DNA from: Mycobacterium leprae TN
Lineage (GTDB): Bacteria > Actinomycetota > Actinomycetes > Mycobacteriales > Mycobacteriaceae
Assembly: GCF_000195855.1 (NCBI RefSeq)
Contig: NC_002677.1
Location: 90,001-122,000, forward strand
DNA length: 32,000 bases
Reading direction: 5' to 3'
Each line of letters begins with the position of its first letter. Position 1 is the stretch's first letter. The translations under genes were made by a program, and so were the position numbers. The notes beneath the pieces are model-generated. The model ran no database searches, had not been told where the DNA came from, and worked only from the letters and a program-made list of their open reading frames with translations. Below, in pieces: positions 19,049-28,818 of the stretch.

Positions 19049-19822
19049 TTGGCTGTGGAACCACTATACGGGACTGTAATTCAGTTTGCTCGCCTGCTCT
19101 GGCTGATTCAGGGTCTGAAGGTCAGTGTTCGGGGTATAGAAAACTTGCCGGCCAGCGGCGGGGCCGTCATCGCCATCAACCACACCAGCTACCTCGACTT
19201 CACTTTTGCGGGTTTACCCGCTTACCAGCAGGGCCTAGGGCGCAAGGTGCGGTTCATGGCCAAGCAAGAGGTATTCGATGGCAAAATTACCGGACCGATT
19301 ATGCGCCGCCTGCGACACATACCGGTGGACCGGCAAGAGGGTGCCGCGTCTTACGAAGCCGCCGTTAGGAATCTCAAAGATGGTGAACTCGTCGGCGTCT
19401 ACCCCGAGGCGACGATCAGCCGAAGCTTTGAGATAAAGGAATGCAAAGGGGGCGCAGCGCGGATGTCGGCGGAGGCTAGGGTGCCGATAATTCCGCACAT
19501 CGTCTGGGGTTCACAGCGGATCTGGACCAAGGACTGCCCCAAGAAGCTCCTTCGCCCGAAGGTGCCGATTTTGGTGCTCGTCGGCGAACCGATTGAACCA
19601 ACGTTGGGTGTAGCACAATTAAAGGCCTTGTTGCACTTTCGGATGCAACATCTGCTGGAACGAGCACAAGAGCTGTACGGACCGCACCCGGCTGGGGAGT
19701 TTTGGGTGCCGCATCGGCTGGGCGGGGGTGCCCCTTCGCTAATCAAGGCGGCTCGCCTCGACGCTGAGGAGGCAACCGAGAGGGCGGCGCGGCGCGCCCA
19801 GCGTGCCAAAGTAGCGGAGTAG
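19049..19822 (+). CDS. 1-acyl-glycerol-3-phosphate acyltransferase-like (PlsC family), Rv3816c-like (257 aa)
   Basis: GGAVIAINHTSYLDFTFAGLPAYQ (HX4D-type NHTSYLD) ... GELVGVYPEATISRSFEIKECKGGAARMSAEARVPIIPHIVWGSQRIWTKD. TTG start at 19049, or GTG at 19055. Confidence 0.92.
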   Translation: MAVEPLYGTVIQFARLLWLIQGLKVSVRGIENLPASGGAVIAINHTSYLDFTFAGLPAYQQGLGRKVRFMAKQEVFDGKITGPIMRRLRHIPVDRQEGAASYEAAVRNLKDGELVGVYPEATISRSFEIKECKGGAARMSAEARVPIIPHIVWGSQRIWTKDCPKKLLRPKVPILVLVGEPIEPTLGVAQLKALLHFRMQHLLERAQELYGPHPAGEFWVPHRLGGGAPSLIKAARLDAEEATERAARRAQRAKVAE

Positions 19823-19834
19823 TTATCGATGGCG

Positions 19835-20293
19835 ATACCGGCTTTACGACACGTCAGAGTTCCTGGCTCAGCTGGTTGTCCTGGCCAGCGGAAGCCAGAC
19901 CACCTGCGTGAGCGAGGAGAATATCCCCGACCACGGTGGTGCCGTGAACCACACCAGCTATGTCGACTGGCTGCCAGCCGCGCTAGCGATTTCGCGTTGG
20001 CGGTTTCGATTCATGATCAAGGCCGAGATGCGACGGGTGAAGGTGGTTAATTTCTTGATCAAGTTCGCCGGCACCATCCCCCTGGACCGGGATGCCGGGG
20101 CGGGTGCCTTTGCCGTGGCCGTGCAGCGGCTATGCGCGAGGGAGCTGGTCGGCGTCTCTCCGGAGACCACCATCACCGGCAGTTTAGAACTCAGGGAATT
20201 CAAAACCGGAGTGGCCCGGATGATAGTGGAGGCTCCCAAAGCCGGGACCGACGGTGTGACGCCACTGGGCCATAGCCAAAGTGGCTCACGCTG
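19835..20293 (+). pseudogene. Truncated second PlsC-family acyltransferase (Rv3815c/Rv3814c-like)
   Basis: Reading YDTSEFLAQLVVLASGSQTTCVSEENIPDHGGAVNHTSYVDWLPAALAISRWRFRFMIKAEMRRVKVVNFLIKFAGTIPLDRDAGAGAFAVAVQRLCARELVGVSPETTITGSLELREFKTGVARMIVEA, then unrelated sequence and a stop. Lacks a plausible start, lost residues before NHTS, and has no C-terminal portion. Confidence 0.85.
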
Positions 20294-20328
20294 ATCACCC
20301 CTAACTGGCTGCGGGGCGGTTTGTCTCA

Positions 20329-21174
20329 GTGACCGATACGACTAGGCCGGCTCCAACGCCGACCCAGCCAACGCTTATAGCCTGTGACGTTGACGGCACG
20401 TTGCTCGATGAGAACGAGACTGTAACCGCGCGTACCCGCGCCGCTGTACGCTCCGCCGTGGCCGGCGGAGCGTATTTCGTCTTGGCCACGGGCCGCCCGC
20501 CGCGTTGGGTGCGGCCGGTCGTCGACGCACTTGGTTTCCCGCCGATGGCGGTGTGTGCCAACGGTGCCGTGATATACGATCCTGCGACCGATCGGGTGGT
20601 ATCGGCGCGCACGCTGGCCGTTGACATCCTAGGCGAGTTGGTCGAGATCGCAACGCGCGTCATCCCTGGCGCGGGTCTGGCTGTCGAGCGTGTCGGTGAT
20701 CGCGCCCATGACAGCGCTACCCCACAGTTCGTCAGCTCGGTGGGTTACGAGCATGCGTGGCTCCACCCGGACAACACTGAGGTGTCGATCGAAGATCTGC
20801 TTAGCGTTCCGGCTATCAAGCTCCTGATCCGCAAGTCCGGTGCCCGCAGTGCGGATATGGCTGCCGAACTAGCCAAGCATGTCGGGATTGCGGGCGACAT
20901 AACCTACTCCACCAACAACGGTCTAGTGGAGATCCTGCCGCTGGGAATCAGCAAGGCCACCGGCGTCGAAGAGGTTGGACGGCCGCTAGGGATCGCGGAT
21001 GGCAACGCGGCGGCTTTCGGCGACATGCCCAACGACGTTCCGATGCTGCTACGGGCGGGTCACGGCGTGGCGATGGGTAATGCGCATCCCGCCGTGCTGG
21101 CCGCCGCTGACGAGATCACCGCCCCCAATACCGATGACGGTGTTGCCCGGGTGTTGGAACGCTGGTGGAGCTAA
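20329..21174 (+). CDS. HAD-superfamily hydrolase (Cof-like), Rv3813c-like (281 aa)
   Basis: TLIACDVDGTLLDENETVTARTRAAV...FVLATGRPPRWVRPV...CANGAVIYD...ISKATGVEEVGRPLGI...AFGDMPNDVPML...GHGVAMGNAHP. All HAD motifs present. GTG start. Confidence 0.95.
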   Translation: MTDTTRPAPTPTQPTLIACDVDGTLLDENETVTARTRAAVRSAVAGGAYFVLATGRPPRWVRPVVDALGFPPMAVCANGAVIYDPATDRVVSARTLAVDILGELVEIATRVIPGAGLAVERVGDRAHDSATPQFVSSVGYEHAWLHPDNTEVSIEDLLSVPAIKLLIRKSGARSADMAAELAKHVGIAGDITYSTNNGLVEILPLGISKATGVEEVGRPLGIADGNAAAFGDMPNDVPMLLRAGHGVAMGNAHPAVLAAADEITAPNTDDGVARVLERWWS

Positions 21175-21348
21175 CCCACTTGCCAGTGGATCTAGAAGTC
21201 ATACGCAGCCTCGGTTGTGGGAGACTGTCTGTGTTCTGGCATGCTGCCTTAACGTCCCGGTGGACCGCCAGTGGGATCAGAACAAGACCTGCCGGGCAAG
21301 CGGGTCAAGGCTAAAAACCACCATTAGCATTGGCCGGGTTGGCGGCAG

Positions 21349-21522
21349 ATGAATGCTGGGGAAGAGTTCGCAGAACCGCAGCGGCAGGCCGAGCAGGTGC
21401 GGCTCGATGCGGAAGCCAAGCGGCGCCGTCGCAATGGGGTGCTGATGGCTCCGGTGTCGGGGTGGCGGGTTTTGGCGCGTTTAAGGTATTTGATGTTGTT
21501 GCAGCCTGACTCCACTGCCTAA
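21349..21522 (+). CDS. Possible small ORF (57 aa), unassigned
   Basis: MNAGEEFAEPQRQAEQVRLDAEAKRRRRNGVLMAPVSGWRVLARLRYLMLLQPDSTA*. Too short for the supplied track. Charged, helix-prone N-terminal half. Confidence 0.3.
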   Translation: MNAGEEFAEPQRQAEQVRLDAEAKRRRRNGVLMAPVSGWRVLARLRYLMLLQPDSTA

Positions 21523-21949
21523 CCTAATGCGTTCAAGGGATCCTACCGGCCTGCTGGTGATTTGCAGGAAAGCTATTGACGACTTGCGTGAGCTTACTAA
21601 ATACGTCCGCTCACTCCAACCTCGGTCGGAAAAAGCTAACACCACCATCGGCAAGCCGCTGGATGGGCTGTCAGCGAGAAATGTTCGGGCGGTACTGTCG
21701 GTCCTCTGGGGGTTTGTGTTGCCGGCGTCGAGATCCTGTGGACTTGTGTCCGGTGGCGGGTCGAAGTTTGACGTTCCGTGCTGTAAGTTTTGCTGTGATC
21801 TCCAGCGGCTCTTGTATTTTCGCGCTAGTCGGCAACTCGACCTGGCCATGTTCGTAACTCGGCGAGGCCCAGGAATTGTAGATCGCATCGCTATCTAGCC
21901 CTTTGATCAGCTTATTATCCGGCGGGTCGTTGAATTCTGTCCTGGATTT

Positions 21950-22960
21950 CATCTATAAGTGCGTGGTCTGTATTGTCCGGTTAATCGATGTTGCCGGCGT
22001 CGCGATGGGTGAAGATGGAGAGCAAGGTCGCGGTGGCGTCAGCCGGAAAGGTGGTGTAGCGGTTCCCCGTTGATTCCAGTGCGACCGTGCCATTGGATCG
22101 ATCCGTCCCAGGCTTAGGCTCCAGCTGGGCAGTCGGCCTACGGTTCGGATTTGGATCGGCGTTGGCGCCATGTCGTCAAAGTCGCCGATCATGGCGACCC
22201 CGCAGGTGCTGTGATTGCACCCGCCAGTGTGGAAGTTCTTTGCCTGCTTAGTGAGCTTACCCGGCTATGTCCTCGAACACTTGGCCGTTATTTGTCGACT
22301 AGCGCGTTATGAGCGATGTTGCACCATCCCAGCGTTTTGCTGTGGTAAGTGTAGATCGCCTTGCCGATCCCGGGTCATTTCCACCACCGAATGTCATGGC
22401 TAGCCGGGGTTTGGTGCAAGACCGCGGCACCAACCCCGTAGTCGTGCTGCGAGTACCGCATCGCAGCAACTTGTCGGCTGCCCCATTCTGCGCGTCTGGC
22501 CAGCTTCCAGGTGACTGTTTCCTGGGTGGTTGGGTCCGAAGTCCGAAGTCAATTCCTTTGTGGTCGGCTTGTAGCTCAAGCGGTGTTTATCGGGCTTATC
22601 TGGTTTTTCGGCGCAGCGCTGAGTGTCCGGGTCACTGGACCGCATAGGTGGGACCGGTGACTGCGATTTGCATAGTTCTGGTGGTACTCCGATGAACACT
22701 GGATCTGTGCTGCGCGGTCTTTTGTTTCTGTCGACCGGACTTTGCACCTGGTGCTGGGGTAGACGGCCGTGATCTGATCTCATATTCGGCTTGGCACCAG
22801 GGCCTCCCAAGAACCACCAGGGCGTTTTGGGCGCACGCCGGGGCGGTGTTTCGAACTGGTTGGACCGAGAGCCCCTTCGCGTGCCGGATCCGCGCACCAC
22901 TATACGGTGACCACGTTTCCACGATAGCGGTGAGCAACATCGTTAGGCTGTGGGGTGACA
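21950..22960 (-). pseudogene. Rv3811-like (csp) N-acetylmuramoyl-L-alanine amidase/PGRP-domain pseudogene
   Basis: Minus-strand fragments: TDPVFIGV...MQIAVTGPTYA; GIGKAIYTYHSKTLGWCNIAHNALVDK*; NFHTGGCNHSTCGVAMIGDFDDMAPTPIQIRTVGRLPSWSLSLGRIDPMA; FTHRDAGNID*. These correspond in order to M. tuberculosis Rv3811 segments (AIYVYHTRTLGWCDIAYNALVDKYGQ..., GVAMIGNFEDVPPTPIQVRTVGRL, FTHRDVGNTECPGN). Confidence 0.88.
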
Positions 22961-23152
22961 CTAGTCCCGATATTACGTGTCCTTCATAATTATTATTTAT
23001 GAGACTATACGGTGTATGCGTACGGAATCTCGCTCAAAGCCTGCTTGTTGTTGGCCCCGTAGCCCCATAGTAAGGTTAGTTCCTGGGCGGTTTTTTGGTC
23101 GTTGGGCCAAGTCCGACCCTGCGGTGCCGTCAGGTGACAGGTTCTTCGACTG

Positions 23153-23863
23153 CTACGTGACAGGAATCAGTGATATCGCGGCCGGCGTTACTGAGCCCGA
23201 CAAGTCACCGGCTACGTTGCCGTTCTGGACGCCCTGCATGACCGCTGGCATCACCACACCCTTGATTAGGTCCATGACCTGGCTGGCGCCCAACTGGTTC
23301 GCAACTTTTAGCAGGTCATTTACAAGCTCACCGCTGCTGGTACTGATCGGTGATGTACCGCCCAACGTGGAGGGATCGCCGAGGATCGGATAGGTGCCGT
23401 CGGTGCCCGGGTCCAATGAAATTGGTGTGGTGATCGGTACCTCGCTGGGGCAGGTGCCACCCAGGTTCAGGTCCGGTGCGGTACATATCGGGCTGCCTGT
23501 CACAGGTGGTGTCAGTCCCGTGCCCGGCGCGGTGAGCACAGGTGTCCCTAGCTCCTGATTTGTCAGATCGGGGCTGGTCAAACCGGGAGTTCTCAGGCCA
23601 TTACCTGGATCATCGGTGCCAGTTAGCGAAGGCACCGGCGGTAGGTTGATGCCGAACTGCGACAGTCCCTGCGAGATCGCGTCCAGCACTTCTCCGGGCA
23701 GGTCGGCTATCGATGCTGCTTGTTTGAATTCATAGTGTTTGGCCGCGGGTTTGGCGCTCGCGGTCGGTTCGTAAACAAGGAAATATGCGCATGGACTGGC
23801 GATTGCTAGGGTGGCGACCGTGCTTATGGCTGTCGAAAGCTTGCATCGGCGTCGGTTCGGCAC
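23153..23863 (-). CDS. erp: Exported repetitive protein / 28 kDa antigen precursor (236 aa)
   Basis: MPNRRRCKLSTAISTVATLAIASPCAYFLV (signal peptide) ... PGLTSPDLTNQELGTPVLTAPGTGLTPPV (degenerate PxLTx repeats) ... C-terminal VVMPAVMQGVQNGNVAGDL. GTG start with GGAGA upstream. Divergent from glf. Also called pirG. Confidence 0.93.
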   Translation of the reverse strand: MPNRRRCKLSTAISTVATLAIASPCAYFLVYEPTASAKPAAKHYEFKQAASIADLPGEVLDAISQGLSQFGINLPPVPSLTGTDDPGNGLRTPGLTSPDLTNQELGTPVLTAPGTGLTPPVTGSPICTAPDLNLGGTCPSEVPITTPISLDPGTDGTYPILGDPSTLGGTSPISTSSGELVNDLLKVANQLGASQVMDLIKGVVMPAVMQGVQNGNVAGDLSGSVTPAAISLIPVT

Positions 23864-24045
23864 GGAAGTCTCCTCAATCTGGACTATTTGTGTTGTCGGG
23901 CTTGCTTGCCCTCGACGTCTCGAGTGCGCAGGATTAGCCCCACACGGTTGATGGTACGAGTATGGTTAGTGTGACCAGAGTGGTTATATTGAATCGTGAG
24001 GTAATTGCGACCTTGAGTTCGCCACTCGATTACTGCCGTTGTTAG

Positions 24046-25370
<1,325 letters not shown>

Positions 25371-25371
<1 letters not shown>

Positions 25372-27302
25372 TGACTGCCGTGAGTCTGCTTGCCCGAGTC
25401 ATTTTGCCGCGTCCGGGTGATCCTCTCGATGTCCGCAAGTTGTATTTAGTGGAGTCGATCACCAACGCTCGGCGTGCGCATGCTTTGAGCCCCACCACGT
25501 TGCAGATCGGTGCGGAGTCCGAGGTATCGTTCGCCACGTACTTCAATGCGTTCCCGGCCAGTTACTGGCGCCGCTGGACTATCTGCAAGTCGGTGGTGCT
25601 ACGGGTTGAGGTGACCGGAGCTGGTCGCGTCGACGTCTACCGCACCAAGGCCAACGGTGCCCGCATTTTCGTCGAAGGCCGCGAGTTCGCCGGTGTTGAG
25701 GATGACGCCAGTAAGGCTCAGGTCGTGGAACTCGAAGTTGGGCTGCAGCCGTTCGAGGACGGCGGCTGGATTTGGTTCGACATCACCGCCGAAACCAGGG
25801 TAACCTTGTGCAGCGGTGGCTGGTACGCTACTTCCCCGGCTCCGGGCAGGGCCAATATCGCGGTAGGCATACCGACGTTCAATCGGCCCGCAGACTGTAC
25901 CAACGCGCTGGCCGAACTCACCGCTGACCCGTTGGTGGACGAAGTGATTGGGGCGGTGATCGTGCCCGATCAGGGTGTCCGGAAAGTGCGGGATCATCCG
26001 GACTTCCCGGAGGCGGCTGCCCGGCTGGGCGATCGGCTTTCCATTCACGACCAGCCCAACCTAGGCGGTTCCGGCGGCTATAGCCGAGTGATGTATGAAG
26101 CGCTGAAAAACACTGACTGTCAACAGATTTTGTTCATGGACGACGACATTCGCATTGAGCCGGACTCGATTCTGCGGGTTTTGGCGATGCACCGCTTCGC
26201 CAAGAGTCCAATGCTGGTGGGCGGCCAGATGCTTAGTCTGCAGGAGCCGTCGCACCTGCACATCATGGGCGAGGTGGTGAACCGATCGAACTTTATTTGG
26301 ACTGCCGCGCCGCACGCCGAGTACGACCACGATTTCGTCGAATACCCGTTGAACGACAAAGAAGACAAAAGCAAGCTGCTCCACCGGCGTATCGACGTAG
26401 ACTATAATGGCTGGTGGACGTGCATGATCCCGCGGCAAGTCGCCGAAGAATTGGGACAGCCGCTGCCGCTGTTCATCAAGTGGGATGACGCCGACTACGG
26501 TCTGCGGGCCGCCGAGCACGGCTATCCAACGGTCACACTGCCCGGCGCGGCGATCTGGCACATGGCCTGGAGCGATAAAGATGACGCCATCGACTGGCAG
26601 GCCTACTTTCATTTGCGCAACCGGTTGGTGGTCGCGGCTATGCACTGGGATGGCGACGTCACCGGCCTGGTCCGCAGTCATCTGAAGGCGACACTGAAAC
26701 ACCTTGCCTGTCTTGAATATTCAACAGTGGCAATCCAGAACAAGGCTATCGACGACTTCTTGGCCGGCCCGGACCACATCTTCTCGATTCTGGAATCAGC
26801 GCTCCCTGAAGTGCACCGTATGCGCAAGGAATACCCCGACGCGGTTGTCTTGCCAGCAGCCACTGAATTGCCGCCTCCTGTGCACAAAAACAAGGTGATG
26901 AAGCCACCGGAGAATCCGCTCTCTATAGTCTATCGACTGTTGCGCGGTATATTCCACAACCTTACTGCGGCAGACCCCGAATGCCACAAACGCCCGGAAT
27001 TCAACATACCCACTCAGGACGCGCGCTGGTTCCGGCTATGCACGGTTGACGGTGTCACCGTCACCACCGCCGACGGATGCGGCGTGGTCTACCGACAGCG
27101 TGACCGGGCCAAGATGTTTTTACTGCTGTTTTCCTCACTGCACCGTCAGCTTCAGCTGGCGCGTAGGTTCGACGAGCTGCGCAAGATCTACCGCGATGCA
27201 TTGCCCGTGTTGTCTAGCAAGCAGAAGTGGGAGATGGCGTTGTTGCCGCTCCCAGACTCTCCTACACGCTTCCCCGCCGAACAAGAGCCCGAGCATGCCT
27301 GA
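25371..27302 (+). CDS. glfT2: Galactofuranosyltransferase GlfT2 (643 aa)
   Basis: NIAVGIPTFNRPADCTNALAELTADP...QQILFMDDDIRIEPDSIL (DDD) ...WWTCMIPRQVAEELGQPLPLFIKWDDADYGLRAAEHGYPTVTLPGAAIWHMAW. TAATG overlap with glf. Confidence 0.97.
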
Positions 27303-27873
27303 AGATAAGGCGCCTACTGGCGAGTTGGCCGCTATCGCGGCTGTTCAGTCGGTGTTGGTTGACCGACCCGGTGTGCTGCCCACGGCACGAGGAATGTCGC
27401 ACTTCGGAGAACACAGCATCGGCTGGCTGGCGATATCATTACTTGGCGCGATCCTGGTGCCGTGCCGCCGTCGGTACTGGCTGGTGGCGGGGGCCGGCGT
27501 GTTTGCTGCACATGTGGCTGCCGTGCTGATCAAACGGATGGTCCGGCGTATCCGGCCGAACCATCCGGCCGTCACAGTGAATGTCGGTACACCCAGTCCG
27601 CTCAGCTTTCCGTCGGCACATGCCACCTCGACCGCAGCCGCGGCCATATTGATCGGTCGAGCTAGCAGACTGCCAAAAGGAATAGTTGCCGCGGTGCTAG
27701 TGGCTCCGATGGCGCTGTCGCGGATAGTGCTGGGGGTGCACTATCCCAGTGATGTGGCCTTCGGTGTCGTGCTCGGTGCCGCGGTCGCAGGTACTACCGC
27801 CCGTTTCGATAGCCGGTTATCACGCAGATGGACTGTCCAACACGGCCTCAGCTCGGGAAGTGCGGTCAAATGA
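27295..27873 (+). CDS. PAP2-family membrane phosphatase, Rv3807c-like (192 aa)
   Basis: MPEDKAPTGELAAIAAVQSVLVDRPGVLPTARGMSHFGEHS...KRMVRRIRPNHP (KXXXXXXRP-like) ...FPSAHATSTAAAA (PSGH-like) ...SRIVLGVHYPSDVAFGVVLG (SRxxxxxHxxxD). Overlaps the glfT2 stop by 8 bp. Confidence 0.93.
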   Translation: MPEDKAPTGELAAIAAVQSVLVDRPGVLPTARGMSHFGEHSIGWLAISLLGAILVPCRRRYWLVAGAGVFAAHVAAVLIKRMVRRIRPNHPAVTVNVGTPSPLSFPSAHATSTAAAAILIGRASRLPKGIVAAVLVAPMALSRIVLGVHYPSDVAFGVVLGAAVAGTTARFDSRLSRRWTVQHGLSSGSAVK

Positions 27874-28778
27874 GCGAAGACGTGATGATCGGTTCTTCGG
27901 GGAACCTGGTCATCGGGGTGGTTAAGGCGATTCGCCCGCGGCAGTGGGTGAAGAACGTGCTGGTGTTGGCTGCGCCGTTAGCCGGTTTGGGCGGCGGCAT
28001 GCACTACAGATATGCTGAACTACTGACCGAAGTGTCGCTAGCTTTCGTGGTATTTAGTCTGGCGGCCTCGTCGGTGTACTTGATCAACGACGTGCGCGAC
28101 ATCGAGGCTGACCAGGAGCACCCGACCAAGAGGTTCCGCCCGATCGCAGCCGGCGTGGTGACCGAGTGGCTGGCCTACACTCTCGCAGTGGTGCTGGGGG
28201 TGGCCTCCCTGGTCGTTGCCTGGCTAATGACGCCAAATTTGGCACTAGTAATGGTGATCTACATTGGCATGCAGCTGGGCTACTGCTTCGGCCTCAAACA
28301 CCAAGCAGTGGTCGACATCTGCATCGTGTCGTCGGCATATTTGATCCGGGCAATTGCCGGCGGTGTGGCCACCAACATCCCATTGTCACAGTGGTTTTTG
28401 CTGACAGCGGCGTTCGGATCGCTATTCATGGTGGCCGGCAAGCGATATGCCGAGCTGCAATTGACCGAACGCACTGGAGCGGCGATCCGCAAGTCGCTGG
28501 AAAGCTACACTAGTACCTATTTGCGATTCGTTTGGACGTTGTCTGCCACCGCGGTGGTGATGTGTTATGGGCTGTGGGCGTTCGAGCGCGACCGCCACTC
28601 GGGGTCCTGGTTTGCGGTGTCGATGGTCCCGTTCACTATCGCTATCCTGCGTTACGCGGTGGATGTCGACGGCGGGTTGGCCGGAGAGCCCGAAGGCATC
28701 GCGCTACGTGACCGGGTGCTTCAGCTACTGGCACTAACGTGGGCCGGAACAATTGGTGCTGCTGTTGTCTTCGGCTAG
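27870..28778 (+). CDS. ubiA: Decaprenyl-phosphate phosphoribosyltransferase, UbiA family (302 aa)
   Basis: MSEDVMIGSSGNLVIGVVKAIRPRQWVKNVLVLAAPLAGLGG...VYLINDVRDIEADQEHPTKRFRPIAAGVV (NDxxDxxxD) ...YGLWAFERD. ATGA overlap with the upstream gene. Confidence 0.96.
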   Translation: MSEDVMIGSSGNLVIGVVKAIRPRQWVKNVLVLAAPLAGLGGGMHYRYAELLTEVSLAFVVFSLAASSVYLINDVRDIEADQEHPTKRFRPIAAGVVTEWLAYTLAVVLGVASLVVAWLMTPNLALVMVIYIGMQLGYCFGLKHQAVVDICIVSSAYLIRAIAGGVATNIPLSQWFLLTAAFGSLFMVAGKRYAELQLTERTGAAIRKSLESYTSTYLRFVWTLSATAVVMCYGLWAFERDRHSGSWFAVSMVPFTIAILRYAVDVDGGLAGEPEGIALRDRVLQLLALTWAGTIGAAVVFG

Positions 28779-28818
28779 TCCCGATCTGACTGGTCTCACG
28801 GGCCCAAGGGGTCCGGCG

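Noticed and set aside
26061-26702. 213-aa minus-strand ORF within glfT2
   Set aside because: Long, but antisense to the well-conserved catalytic domain; expected in high-GC coding DNA.
27046-27294. N-terminal extension of the 275-aa PAP2 ORF
   Set aside because: Overlaps the glfT2 C-terminus out of frame; the conserved protein starts at ATG 27295.
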